The notes under the pieces were generated by a model that saw only the letters and a program-made list of their open reading frames with translations, was not told the DNA's origin and made no database searches. Below, piece by piece: positions 18,609-29,640 of a stretch of 64,000 nt of DNA; the first letter of the stretch is position 1, and each line of letters opens with the position of its first letter. The translations under genes were made by a program, and so were the position numbers. Source of the stretch: a virus; IMG/VR virus record IMGVR_UViG_3300043468_001540, positions 37,995 through 101,994 of that record; one strand, written 5' to 3'.

Positions 18609-20514
18609 TTTTCTCAGAAAAATCCGCCTCTAACCATCCATTAACACGAAGTTTAAAATCATCTAAATTCCAATTAGCGTTTACGGTTCCGTCTATACAA
18701 ACACGTTCGGAGCCAGAACTAGAGGATGAACTACGATTATAGACAGCTTTTAAAGATTGAACTTCAAAGCGAAGGCACTCAAAAGTAAGTTTTTCTTCAC
18801 CAGCGTCCGTTTTTATAAATAAAGGTAGTTCTATTTTTTTTAGTTTTTTTTCTTTTTCATCTTCTAGTTCGTTATCTACTATATCATTTATATCCACGGT
18901 TGATAATAGTACGCCCCTATCAATTAATAATGAAGCCTGATCTTTTGTAGCCCCATCTACTTTATACTTTAAAGGAAACTCCTCATAAAATTTTTTACCA
19001 TCTTTACTTTTCAGAGCGGCCGCCTCAAAATCTCCGGCATTCCAAACGGCCTGATTAAGATAACTACGAACTTCAGACTCAATATCTACATAAAATATAT
19101 ATTCTTTTGTACTTTCTATATAAAGTGGGGTAGATAGAGAGTAAATTAAAATATAGCCCGTTGCATCACTCATAGCATTACCTAAATTTGACTGATCGGT
19201 TTTAATAGTAGCCTCTCCTAAGTTTTTAGATTTAAACTCTCTATTTGATGTTAAAAAGTTTTCATTTTTTTCATCAACGGGTGGCCTGTCTTTTATTTGA
19301 TAAGCAAATCTAACTAACTTACTATTTTGAAATGTGCTCCTTTCATATAAAGGAGTTAAAATGGGATCATTTATAAGAGTTGAATTTAATGGAAAGTTAA
19401 TATTAGTTTTTGTTTGATCTGGACTGCTATCCCCGCCTTGGAATAATTTTTTAAATTCTTTTTCATCAAACTTCCACTCATCTTTATAAATAATTAAAGA
19501 ATTTACGTGCAGCGTTTCATTCTTACCAAGAACAGAACTTGATGAACTCCCCGGATCTCCTACTGAACCGTAAAACATATTCATGCTAGTCGGCGAAATT
19601 CTATTCTTTAGGTTTGATTCATCAAAAATTTTACCAGTATCAATCTTAAGACTTCCAGTTATTTTTTTTGAGTGTTTTCTTTGGCACTCATATCCAGTTG
19701 AAACGACTCCAGCCAAACGCCCAGTATCAGGATTTGTTTTTTTATATTTTGGAGGACAACAGCACAATGCATCAGAATAGTCATTATCGGGGCGACTACA
19801 AGCCGGTACAAAACTCACTCCTTGAGCGACACTAACATTTGCTATGATGGTGTCTGATTCAGTATCTTTTACCTCCATCGATGTTACGGTACTATGAGGA
19901 TCATCTATTTTAGCAGTAATTTCAACTTCTATCTCTTCATCTATTAAAGCCTTTTCTACTTGAGCTTTTGAAAGATTAAAAGGACCAGAAGACCTACTTC
20001 CACAGTCTGATGCATTATTTAAATTTATTGTTCCTAATTGGTTACCACCAGCAGAAAAAGAAAATATAGCTCTATCACAACAATGACCGCCACTTTCTTT
20101 TTTATATTCAGCAAAAAAACTTACTGGGGTTGGAATACAGCAAGTTCTTGATATTGGCCCTTTAGTGTCTCCCTGTATTGTAAAATTAAAATTATGATCG
20201 AATCCATGGCTTTTTATTAAGTTGTGAAATAAACAGCGAAACTTACCCAAATCTTGCAATTTTACAATTACATAATTTTTTAAAGCATTTTTCTTTGATG
20301 TCTCGCTTTCGTCAGGATAAACAACCTCTCTTGTTTCCTCTTTCTTTTCGAATTTAACAAATCCATTTCCAGTATTTTCTTTTGTTTTCGGTACGCAGTT
20401 AATAATAGGCCAATCTGCATATAAATATTTTGGAGTACCACCTTCAAATTCTGGTTTTAAATAGTCAAAAAGATAAAATCCATGAAAAAGATGGTTTACT
20501 ATTGTTGCTGCCAT
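18583..20514 (-). CDS. hypothetical virion-associated protein, Cys-rich
   Basis: Last gene of the tail operon; TCCIP, HCCDRA and ALCCCPP clusters; Ser runs. Confidence 0.55.
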   Translation of the reverse strand: MAATIVNHLFHGFYLFDYLKPEFEGGTPKYLYADWPIINCVPKTKENTGNGFVKFEKKEETREVVYPDESETSKKNALKNYVIVKLQDLGKFRCLFHNLIKSHGFDHNFNFTIQGDTKGPISRTCCIPTPVSFFAEYKKESGGHCCDRAIFSFSAGGNQLGTINLNNASDCGSRSSGPFNLSKAQVEKALIDEEIEVEITAKIDDPHSTVTSMEVKDTESDTIIANVSVAQGVSFVPACSRPDNDYSDALCCCPPKYKKTNPDTGRLAGVVSTGYECQRKHSKKITGSLKIDTGKIFDESNLKNRISPTSMNMFYGSVGDPGSSSSSVLGKNETLHVNSLIIYKDEWKFDEKEFKKLFQGGDSSPDQTKTNINFPLNSTLINDPILTPLYERSTFQNSKLVRFAYQIKDRPPVDEKNENFLTSNREFKSKNLGEATIKTDQSNLGNAMSDATGYILIYSLSTPLYIESTKEYIFYVDIESEVRSYLNQAVWNAGDFEAAALKSKDGKKFYEEFPLKYKVDGATKDQASLLIDRGVLLSTVDINDIVDNELEDEKEKKLKKIELPLFIKTDAGEEKLTFECLRFEVQSLKAVYNRSSSSSSGSERVCIDGTVNANWNLDDFKLRVNGWLEADFSEKTIFPPPVT

Positions 20515-20519
20515 AATAA

Positions 20520-21062
20520 TCAGTTATTTTTGCCGCCACAAATTGGTACTGGGTATACAACAGGAATTCCATTAAACACCATATTTGCCATTATTAGATG
20601 GGATGAAACTAATTGATGTACGTAGGCGGTTTTAATACCATCAGAAGGAAGTCCGGCTTTTTGTTCCGTGTCAAAAATAATACCTCCAATAATAACCCTA
20701 GCTTCACTTTGTTTTAGAGTATTTTCATTTACAAATTTAATAGGAGCAAGAGAATCTTCATTTTCATCTTTAATCCACTCAATATTGGCCTTTACAGCAC
20801 GATAATCATTTATAGTAACTTTTAATACTGCGTATGCGGATTTTTGATCCAAACTGGCAGTGGCAAAACTAGTCTGAACATCCAACCCAGAAATTGCTAA
20901 TTTTTTGTATTTTAAAAGAGCCCCGGATTGTTCCATTCCCACATACAAAGATGAGTGATAAGATATAGCCGCTTTAATATTAACATTATCTGGTCTTTCA
21001 AAATGTATTTGAAATGGGTGTGAAGCGAAAGAAACGGTTGGGGTAAGTTTTTTTAATAACAT
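20520..21062 (-). CDS. hypothetical tail-module protein
   Basis: 180-aa ORF tightly packed in the tail operon. Confidence 0.6.
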   Translation of the reverse strand: MLLKKLTPTVSFASHPFQIHFERPDNVNIKAAISYHSSLYVGMEQSGALLKYKKLAISGLDVQTSFATASLDQKSAYAVLKVTINDYRAVKANIEWIKDENEDSLAPIKFVNENTLKQSEARVIIGGIIFDTEQKAGLPSDGIKTAYVHQLVSSHLIMANMVFNGIPVVYPVPICGGKNN

Positions 21063-21069
21063 AATATTA

Positions 21070-24000
21070 TTATAAAATTATTCGACCCGAATATAAAAAA
21101 TCACTACCCCTAATTGTATACTCTGAAATATCCGTATTTGAGTATGTGTATTTATTTCTATTTATTAAAAACTTAACTCCAGTAAAACTAGGCGTCTGCC
21201 CACTTTTAACAATACCATTTCCAGAATAGATACCTAAAGACGAAATAAAAGGTACATTAGAGCCGCTAAATTCTCCTGCTAGATCAGAGGAAAAGTCTCC
21301 AGTTATTATTGTATAATTTTTACTAAAATTATTATTCCAAACAATCCCACTACCAATTCCAACATATGGAGATATATTATTATTATAATAGTAAGTTCCG
21401 GAGTTTTCTTTTGTTATTCTAGAATAGTACTCATAGAAGAAGCCAGTATAAGGAGCTGTTCTTTTTTCTCTTAAGGTCTCGCCTCCTGTAAAATATTTGT
21501 TTGGTATTCTTATACCAAATAAATCTTGAGTATCTCTTGATACGCTAAAATCATTAGCTTCTTCACCGCTAGAAGACATGCTAAATAAATTTAAAGTATT
21601 TCCATTTGTAACATAGCCAGTAATGCCAACCAATGGAGCCCCACTTAATAAAAACTTATTTAAGTCTCTAAACCAATATGGCTCAGTATCAGCTTCTTGC
21701 TGGGTATCCTTATAAATAAAAGCGGTCTCATTTAAATATAAAATATCACCATCAATTAATCTTCCCGTATCAACAAATATTTTATTTGAAGACTGTTTAT
21801 ACCCAGTAATAAAATCAAAATAAATATTATTAGGAACGCCAGTTCCGGTAACCTCTACTCCAGCCCAGGAAAAAGTGCTTCTCGAACCACGGATTTGGCC
21901 AGTAAGCTTGCCTGTTTCATATGATACTAAATTAAAATATCCAGATGGATTATTTATAATACCAGTAAAAATTGTACCACTTGGCGGATTTGCTGAAATT
22001 GGCCCGAAGCCAGTAATTCCAGATAAATTATTTGTAAAAATAAAGTTATCAAAATCATATGTAAAATTTGCCTGCTTAACTCTAGAGATCACTGCGTCTA
22101 TAGATTCTCCAGCAGATACATATAAAGTTCTCAATTCTCCAGTTAATATACTAGAGGATGGTCCAATTAATATATTAATAATAGAGGGAGGTCCTTTATA
22201 TTTATTTGTACAGTAATACGGATCAATAACACAAGTCCAAAAGCCAGTTTGAGTAGGTTTTCCAATAATACAATTATAAGTACTTAAAGACAAGCCCGGA
22301 GGCAAATTATATCCAGCTCTGACTTCAAAAGATGTTGGCACAATTCCAGGGTTAACATACAAATTAGTGCCCGGTGAAAGAGAAAAAATTTCTCCATTTG
22401 TAATTTTATCTTCTAAAGAAATTCCGCTATAGGTAAACATTTCCTGACCAACTGTCCCAAATAAAATTTGGTTTGAAGCCGCGCGACTAATCTTAGAAAT
22501 ATTATCATTACATCCTATATAATAAGTAGATAGATCTTTATCAAATAAAGTTCCAATCGCTTTAACTGGATTATTATATGATATTGCTGTCGGAGTTATT
22601 ATTATTCCGCTATAAAAATTTGGAAAAAGTGAAGATGAAATGCCAAATCCAGTAATGTAATTACGGCTTAAATTTTGATAATCTCCATATCTATCATTAA
22701 TATAAATTTTATTACCCAAAAATTTATTTTCTATATTTGAAATATTCGTGGATACTTCTGTATTAGTAGAAGTAAATATATTAGTATTGCTTTGAATCGC
22801 CCCATTCGAAACTGCTATTCCATGTTTTCCATTTTTAGTATACCTTAAACCGTATAAATTCGTATCTATATGAATAGTAGAATATTTATCTAAACTACTA
22901 AATAATAATCCGGAAAAATTTTCAAACAAAGAGTCTTGACGTTGCAAATATTCAAAAATAGGCATTCGAATTTCTCTCTTTTCCACAAAAGAGTCTCTTT
23001 CATAAAATCCGGACTTCAATACAGCGCTGCAACCTATAATGTCATAAGCATTATTTAATAAATTACTTTCAGTAGAACCACTTAAATTAGAACTCGTATA
23101 AGAATAGCATTTTGCGTCAATTAATTCATTTTCCACAAATGCCCCTCTATTGTATTCTATATCAAGTTCCCATCTTAAAATAGGTGCAAAAGTTTGCCCC
23201 CGATCATGACTTATATACGGGATTCCATATCTAGGTCCTTTTTCATTTACCAATAAAGAATTAAAATTATTATTAAACCTATCACCTCCATTTGTATTTT
23301 TTAAAAGGTAAGAAATATGGTTACCATCATTTGAAACTGTTAGATATTCTATTTTACCAATAGGCGAAGACTCTAACCATGTAGATCCTGAGTTATAACT
23401 TGTTAGAACAGAGCGAAGGTCGTCTTTATTGCTTAAATGATTTATTATAAGTCCTAATGGTTTTGATGAAATTTGTTGATTATAAAAAGGCTCCTCTAGG
23501 GCAACTAAAACAGAAGAGTTTTGATTTGCTTTTAAATATTTTAATTTTCTAGATCCAGTTGGGAAAAATCTTAATTCTGGATCTTTATTGCAGTATTTTT
23601 GAGTATTTTGTATAGTTTTATATGTCCAAGTTGACCCGGAATTTGTACTATGAAAATAGCCATTTGAAAATCTATTTTCGTACTCATATATATTTCCTCC
23701 GCTTATGGTATAATCGTTTGGAAATATATTTTCGACTGTAAGATATAGTGTTTTGGGAGTCCCGGCCCCATTAGTATAATCAGAGAAACCAATAGAATTG
23801 ATTTGTTGATTACTATATCCACTCAAAAGAGAGCCATACTTTATAAAATTTGCGGATGGTACCTCGCTTGTAATCGCAGAATAAAAAGTACTATTATACC
23901 CAGGGGTTATTTTCTCTCCCGTTCCGCTGTAAGTTATATCCACAATAAGTCCAGATTTTAACCAAGTTACACCATAATCCTTACTAGCATACAATGCCGT

Positions 24001-26547
24001 ACCAGCACCTTGAACTTTTTCTATGTTATAAGATATAGAATTTTTATAAAAGTTTTCTCCAAATGGTAATAATTGGACTTTACCTATTAGAGAAAAATCT
24101 GGGCGATTATATTTATCCTCTGAATTAATCTTATTAAATTTTGCGGCAAAGTAATTATTTCCAATAAAAAGCTGAGATTGTCCATCTGATGTTATATCTG
24201 CGTCTCTAATAGAAAGTCCTCTGGGCCCACCACATTCAATGTAAGATACTGACCAAGAGGCCCCGTAATTAGTTGACCTGTAATATGGACTAAAGAATCG
24301 CGTCTTATATAATTTTAAAGATGAATCCGGCTGGGTAATTAAATCGACACCACTAGCAATAATACTATCGGAAAATACTGTTTGATATTGACCATTTTCA
24401 CTTATAATTATTCTAGATAAGTTAGAAGGGTATAATCCAGTTTGGCCGTTAGTTAAAACATTAAAAGAAGTATTTTCTATATTAAATAGACCAGTTAAAT
24501 TAGGCGGGCGGAAAGTAGACCAAGTAAGCCCAGAGTTTTGAGACGATACTATCAGCCCGTAAGGATTAGATTCTTTCGTATAAATATAATAATTTTTTAT
24601 GTCAAATATATTACCAGATACTTCTGAACTATATTCAATAATAGATTGAAAATCATTTTTAAATATACCAGAGAAAGATCCAGAATTAAGTATATAAGTT
24701 ATATATCTTCCGTCAGTCCCTCCTATAGCAATATCTCTCATTGTTGGGTAATTATTCAACAATCCTGACCAACTATAAGTTCCAGCAATAAGAGCTGGAG
24801 ACACTAAAGTTGGGATTGTAGCCGCTGGAGTAGTAGGAAAAGAATTTGATAAAAACACCCTTCCCTGGTCTAAAACTAATGTTCTTGCTCCATCAGAAGA
24901 AAGAAGAACCCTAGAGTTCCAGTTATCAATATCTAAGAGTTCTGGTATATATTCAGTTTCTGGAAAATTAAAATAAGAAATTAATTCTTTAGAAGAATCA
25001 TAGCTTATATTTCCAATTACTCTTTGAGATAAATAATTATTGTGACGCCGAAAACCAGAAAAATTTAAAGTTTCCATTTCCTGCATTTGCCATGAAAGTC
25101 CAGAATTAGAACTCGAAAAATATAGTAGATTACTATCTGGCTGCACCCCGGATTTATAATTTGCATATTGAGCGTAAGTTAAAGCAGCTCCATATCGATA
25201 AGAGCCATCAGCAGATAAATATTTTGTTGAGTTCGGTCGGCCTATAATCCGAAGTTCCTTAAGGTCATTGCTACAAGAAACTGAAAAACAGAATAGACCT
25301 GATGGTAAAGATCTTATTCCAGACCAAGTTTGACCGTAATTTGTACTTACGTAAATATCTGGATTTAAGGTATCTGTAGTTACAATATTTGATAACCAGT
25401 CCCTGCCTAAAGAAGCCGGATCGGAAGCTCTATATGCAATTTCATCTATTCCGCTACTATTAATAAATCCTTGACCAGCAACAACTTGATATTGGCCATT
25501 AGATGACATATCGCAGCATATTGGCAGAAAAGTTCTTCTCAAGCGTCCAGTTTCATATGTAAGTGTTAAAGGGTTTGCAAATTGATCTCCTTCATTCGAG
25601 GGGTTCGGTACTTGCTCTGAATAGTTAATCATTCCAATTTCAGAATCTACAAAATCTGGATTTAATTTTGAACTTGAATTCGATCCAAAATTATTATTCA
25701 CCAAAACTCCATGAACCGGAGAAGCTATTAATTGATACTGGCCATTAGAAGATAAGGAACACTGCTTTCGCCCAAAATAAGAAAATTTATCACTAGATAC
25801 CCCGGCAATAGGGCCTTCTGAAGAAAAACATACCGATTTATAGTAATCATAATTTGTATTTAAATAATACTCTCTCAATGGGGCGTCATAAGAAATTTCC
25901 CAAGCATGTCCTGTATTTGTAGATAATAAAATATTATTTTTAAAAATAGGTTTAGAGTTATCGCTAATTTCAACGTATTCTTCAATATAAGTATCCGAGC
26001 CGATGATTACGGAGCCATTTTCGGATACGGTTAGTCCATTCCAAACTCTAGAACTGCATTTCGGTTGCCAACTTCTTCCAGAGTCATAACTTATATAAAT
26101 ATGAGTTGGAGTGTTTTCAACGCGCGTGACATCATGAAAATCTTTGTAAAGACCTCTTCCAGCTATAGCCTGAATCCTACCATCACTTGACATTGAAGCA
26201 GAAACCCAATTTCTAGGCATTAAACCGCTTTGTATATACCAAGTATTTCCATGATCCCAGCTAGAATAAACACTACCATCACTAAAATAATTTCCTTGAT
26301 AAATTCTGTTCGAATTTGAAACGGCGCTATTATTAATATAAGTTTTACGCGGCCCAGACCCAGTTACAGTCGAAGACATCAATTTAAATCTATCAGCGTC
26401 AAACAAATTAAAATCTTCTAAAAGCGCCTGAGACGAAGCATTCTGATCTAAATAAGTTACGACCGTAATACACTTACCGTCATTAGACATACAAATGTCA
26501 GCATAGTTTTTATTTGGAAGAGGGGCTGTTCTAAAACCTGTTAGCAT
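21070..26547 (-). CDS. large tail/receptor-binding protein with Asp-box (BNR) beta-propellers and an Ig-like domain
   Basis: About 11 S-x-[DN]-x-G-x-[ST]-[WF]-like repeats (SWDHGNTW, SYDSGRSW, STNYGQTW, SKDYGVTW, SHDRGQTF and others); LPPGLSL...IIGKPTQTG is He_PIG-like. Confidence 0.75.
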   Translation of the reverse strand: MLTGFRTAPLPNKNYADICMSNDGKCITVVTYLDQNASSQALLEDFNLFDADRFKLMSSTVTGSGPRKTYINNSAVSNSNRIYQGNYFSDGSVYSSWDHGNTWYIQSGLMPRNWVSASMSSDGRIQAIAGRGLYKDFHDVTRVENTPTHIYISYDSGRSWQPKCSSRVWNGLTVSENGSVIIGSDTYIEEYVEISDNSKPIFKNNILLSTNTGHAWEISYDAPLREYYLNTNYDYYKSVCFSSEGPIAGVSSDKFSYFGRKQCSLSSNGQYQLIASPVHGVLVNNNFGSNSSSKLNPDFVDSEIGMINYSEQVPNPSNEGDQFANPLTLTYETGRLRRTFLPICCDMSSNGQYQVVAGQGFINSSGIDEIAYRASDPASLGRDWLSNIVTTDTLNPDIYVSTNYGQTWSGIRSLPSGLFCFSVSCSNDLKELRIIGRPNSTKYLSADGSYRYGAALTYAQYANYKSGVQPDSNLLYFSSSNSGLSWQMQEMETLNFSGFRRHNNYLSQRVIGNISYDSSKELISYFNFPETEYIPELLDIDNWNSRVLLSSDGARTLVLDQGRVFLSNSFPTTPAATIPTLVSPALIAGTYSWSGLLNNYPTMRDIAIGGTDGRYITYILNSGSFSGIFKNDFQSIIEYSSEVSGNIFDIKNYYIYTKESNPYGLIVSSQNSGLTWSTFRPPNLTGLFNIENTSFNVLTNGQTGLYPSNLSRIIISENGQYQTVFSDSIIASGVDLITQPDSSLKLYKTRFFSPYYRSTNYGASWSVSYIECGGPRGLSIRDADITSDGQSQLFIGNNYFAAKFNKINSEDKYNRPDFSLIGKVQLLPFGENFYKNSISYNIEKVQGAGTALYASKDYGVTWLKSGLIVDITYSGTGEKITPGYNSTFYSAITSEVPSANFIKYGSLLSGYSNQQINSIGFSDYTNGAGTPKTLYLTVENIFPNDYTISGGNIYEYENRFSNGYFHSTNSGSTWTYKTIQNTQKYCNKDPELRFFPTGSRKLKYLKANQNSSVLVALEEPFYNQQISSKPLGLIINHLSNKDDLRSVLTSYNSGSTWLESSPIGKIEYLTVSNDGNHISYLLKNTNGGDRFNNNFNSLLVNEKGPRYGIPYISHDRGQTFAPILRWELDIEYNRGAFVENELIDAKCYSYTSSNLSGSTESNLLNNAYDIIGCSAVLKSGFYERDSFVEKREIRMPIFEYLQRQDSLFENFSGLLFSSLDKYSTIHIDTNLYGLRYTKNGKHGIAVSNGAIQSNTNIFTSTNTEVSTNISNIENKFLGNKIYINDRYGDYQNLSRNYITGFGISSSLFPNFYSGIIITPTAISYNNPVKAIGTLFDKDLSTYYIGCNDNISKISRAASNQILFGTVGQEMFTYSGISLEDKITNGEIFSLSPGTNLYVNPGIVPTSFEVRAGYNLPPGLSLSTYNCIIGKPTQTGFWTCVIDPYYCTNKYKGPPSIINILIGPSSSILTGELRTLYVSAGESIDAVISRVKQANFTYDFDNFIFTNNLSGITGFGPISANPPSGTIFTGIINNPSGYFNLVSYETGKLTGQIRGSRSTFSWAGVEVTGTGVPNNIYFDFITGYKQSSNKIFVDTGRLIDGDILYLNETAFIYKDTQQEADTEPYWFRDLNKFLLSGAPLVGITGYVTNGNTLNLFSMSSSGEEANDFSVSRDTQDLFGIRIPNKYFTGGETLREKRTAPYTGFFYEYYSRITKENSGTYYYNNNISPYVGIGSGIVWNNNFSKNYTIITGDFSSDLAGEFSGSNVPFISSLGIYSGNGIVKSGQTPSFTGVKFLINRNKYTYSNTDISEYTIRGSDFLYSGRIIL

Positions 26548-26582
26548 ATAATTATTATAGAAATTGTGTTGTTTAAACTCAT

Positions 26583-29500
26583 TTATATCATATCATCTTG
26601 AATATCAAATAAAGACATTAGCTCCGACATACTATTATATGATGCGGATCGTAAAGCATCCGCACAAGAAGAAGAGGAAGAAGAAGAGGAAGAAGAAGAG
26701 CTAGACGACGAGTCATCAAAAACCTGTTTGCATCTAAAACATTTACTTGCTTTATCAATTCCATTTTCGCAAGGTAATGAGCTTACACTCCAAGATGTGT
26801 CTAACATATATCTAGTTTTTCTTCCGTTAACATCGCTAGACGGAGTTCTATCACATATACCTTCAGCGTCTTTTTTATCTTCACCCGCAGTAAGAAATCC
26901 TGTGCCCATACCTTGTTTTAACTTACCAGCCTCATAACAGCAGCTACATGACTTATCAGCTGGATTGTTTGCTTTTGATGCTGTATCATATTGCGATGAT
27001 GTCGGAGCGTCTAGTAATGCTTGTGTTATTTTATATGTATATTTATCATTGTAACTTTTTTTGCACCTAACTGAAGATGGAGATGAACTTGAATTTATTT
27101 GGGAGGTAGTATTAAGGATACTTTCATCTTTTACTATATAATCTGCATTAGTTTCTACTTCGAGCATAGCCTCTAATGCGAGACTCTTTCTTGCGATCGG
27201 AACCTCTATATCATTCGCAGTCCAAGTAGGAGCATTAGAAGATGTTATCTCACTAGCCCTCGAAGACAGGGTGCTTTTTTGGACAAATTTTTTATTTGTA
27301 CCCCCTGGCTCTTTTACATAAAGTGACCACGGCCCAATTTCAGAATCTGGCACTTTAAAATTACCGCTAGTTACTTTAAATTTAAAACTAACATATACTC
27401 CTGCACCATATTGAGTATTTTTACAATAAGTCTTAAGGTCAGAAACTTCTAATGCTGGTTTCGGACGATTACTAGGACTTGTTCCATCTTCAAAGTCTGG
27501 GTCAACGCAGTTATTACTAGTACCGCCACTACTACCACCACTACTGCCACCACCACCCCCCCTATTACCACCACCCGGAGGAGTTGGAGAACTACTAGAA
27601 GATGAACTACTAGAAGACCCACCGCCACCACCGCCACCACCGCCACCACCGCCACCACCGCCCGGTGGCGTGGGTGGAGGGGTAGGGGGATACGGAGGTG
27701 GAACAGTCGGATTATTTGTAGGCGGTGATACCGTTGGAGTAGATGGGATATCTTGAGAAATTGATACATTCGGCAATAAAGGATCAGTATCACCCCTCTT
27801 AACAAGAGTATCAAGAGCCGCATTTGTAGAACATAACAGAGAAGATCCCGATGATTTTTTATAATTCCAGCCAGGTTTTTCTGCTTTTAAGATTTCAACT
27901 TTAAAACAATTATCTTTATTTAAAAATGTAGAATATTCTATTTTCGCGTATCCAAAAATATCAGTTTTAGCTTCAAGAATAATATCCAAAGAATCATCCA
28001 ATAAAGATATAATTCTATAAGAAAAAGAAATTTCTCCTGGCGAAGCGCTATTAAAACTATCTGACTCCAAATCTCTAACAAAGTTTACTTCAAAATTTAA
28101 ATATAAAAATTTTTTAGATTTATCGTAATTAGAATCAGCGGACATCGAGTTTAAATAAAAAGTATTCTCACTGAGACTAAATCTTGGAATAGGTGCTTTT
28201 GCTTCTCTAGGCGTAGTGCCCGCTAACAAATACGACTTATCGCTAGTTTTTTTTATTACAAAATTTGAATTTTTTTCTTTTATAATACCAGCTTGAAAAA
28301 AAGTTTTTCCGTTTCTAGTTAAAGCCTCTGATGTCGCCGTATTTAAATTTTCTAATAAAAAAGATTTATTTAAATCAGAATCTATTTTATACCTTGTAGA
28401 CGGATTGTAAATTACAGGGGAAATATCTAAATTTGATGCCGCCGCAATATTTGTTATTTTAGAAACATAAGCGGTAGTTCCGTCAATTGCAAAAATTAAA
28501 CCTATAATTTTATTAGTACCACTAATTGGAGCATATACTAAAGACCCTGAATCGCCAGATAGAAAAGTTTTGTCATCTTGATAAACACGATTTATCGCCA
28601 TTATATCTTGAAACAAAATCGGAACTTTAGTCCCTAAGTAATTATAACCATCAATTTCTTTCGTCATGGTAACGTTTTGTATAATTAACTTGCACTCACT
28701 TAACTTAGGGCCGCTTGACCGTCCAATAGAAAAAACGTTACCTTTACTACTAAATAAATTATTTATTTCAATGTTTGTGGCAAATTGCATTGATAAAGTA
28801 TCGGATACTCCAAACTGATAAAAAGATTGAGGGATAGAGAGTTTACTTCTATATAAAGATATTAACCCGGCATCTACAGTATTTGAAGCTAAAGGGTCAA
28901 GACTTAATATTTTATATCTTTTTGGCGTACCTATACCATGCATATCCACATCGATTAGATGAGAAGACGTATGATGATATATCTCTTGTTTAAAAGATAA
29001 ACCGCTATCCATTTGAGATGAATAATATTTATTATTAACCAGATCTGCCGTTAAATATTCTAAACTTATATCTTCATGAATATTCGAAATAAAACTAGAA
29101 TTAATATCTTTCTGATCTAATGTTCTAATAATATTTTTTGCTAAAACGTGCCCAGCCGTCAACCCTACTAAAGTATTTGTTTTATTATCTAAAAAAATAC
29201 CGCCTAAAGTACCGTATGACTTAGGAACTAAATTTTTAGAACTCGAAACGTCTTTTGGTACTCCACATGAAAAAGTACTAGATATTCCGAGACCCCCAGC
29301 TATATATTTTTGATCTGTTTGCAAGGCTTTTACTACTTCAGAATTCGGGTCATTACACCCCGCAATTCTGGCACTACTAGACTCAATAACGTCAACCGCA
29401 TAAACTTGACCATCAATTTCCAATGTTTCTGGAAAAATTTCTTCAGAACTTAAATTATCTTTAGATATTTTACGTTCAACATGAAAAATAACCGCTTTTT

Positions 29501-29603
29501 GATCGGTTAAGTAACCATTAATCCTTTTGTACCCAAAACCGACACCGTTTATATTAAACGGTCCACGATCATATAAAACTTTTATTTGTTCACTTGTTAA
29601 CAT
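26583..29603 (-). CDS. trypsin-like (PA clan) serine protease with Pro/Gly/Ser linker and Cys-rich C-terminus
   Basis: GTLGG, LTAGHVL (His), VDAGLI (Asp), SGDSGSLV (Ser), IIGLIFA. Confidence 0.82.
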   Translation of the reverse strand: MLTSEQIKVLYDRGPFNINGVGFGYKRINGYLTDQKAVIFHVERKISKDNLSSEEIFPETLEIDGQVYAVDVIESSSARIAGCNDPNSEVVKALQTDQKYIAGGLGISSTFSCGVPKDVSSSKNLVPKSYGTLGGIFLDNKTNTLVGLTAGHVLAKNIIRTLDQKDINSSFISNIHEDISLEYLTADLVNNKYYSSQMDSGLSFKQEIYHHTSSHLIDVDMHGIGTPKRYKILSLDPLASNTVDAGLISLYRSKLSIPQSFYQFGVSDTLSMQFATNIEINNLFSSKGNVFSIGRSSGPKLSECKLIIQNVTMTKEIDGYNYLGTKVPILFQDIMAINRVYQDDKTFLSGDSGSLVYAPISGTNKIIGLIFAIDGTTAYVSKITNIAAASNLDISPVIYNPSTRYKIDSDLNKSFLLENLNTATSEALTRNGKTFFQAGIIKEKNSNFVIKKTSDKSYLLAGTTPREAKAPIPRFSLSENTFYLNSMSADSNYDKSKKFLYLNFEVNFVRDLESDSFNSASPGEISFSYRIISLLDDSLDIILEAKTDIFGYAKIEYSTFLNKDNCFKVEILKAEKPGWNYKKSSGSSLLCSTNAALDTLVKRGDTDPLLPNVSISQDIPSTPTVSPPTNNPTVPPPYPPTPPPTPPGGGGGGGGGGGGGGGSSSSSSSSSSPTPPGGGNRGGGGGSSGGSSGGTSNNCVDPDFEDGTSPSNRPKPALEVSDLKTYCKNTQYGAGVYVSFKFKVTSGNFKVPDSEIGPWSLYVKEPGGTNKKFVQKSTLSSRASEITSSNAPTWTANDIEVPIARKSLALEAMLEVETNADYIVKDESILNTTSQINSSSSPSSVRCKKSYNDKYTYKITQALLDAPTSSQYDTASKANNPADKSCSCCYEAGKLKQGMGTGFLTAGEDKKDAEGICDRTPSSDVNGRKTRYMLDTSWSVSSLPCENGIDKASKCFRCKQVFDDSSSSSSSSSSSSSSSCADALRSASYNSMSELMSLFDIQDDMI
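27519..27740 (-). repeat. low-complexity Pro/Gly/Ser linker with tandem CCACCGCCA-type units
   Basis: Encodes PPPYPPTPPPTPP, a poly-Gly run, a poly-Ser run and PTPPGGG; locally GC-rich. A second poly-Ser run (GAAGAAGAAGAG units) lies at about 26668-26700. Confidence 0.85.
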
Positions 29604-29640
29604 ACCTTTTACCTTTTTTTACCATATATTATTACACTAT

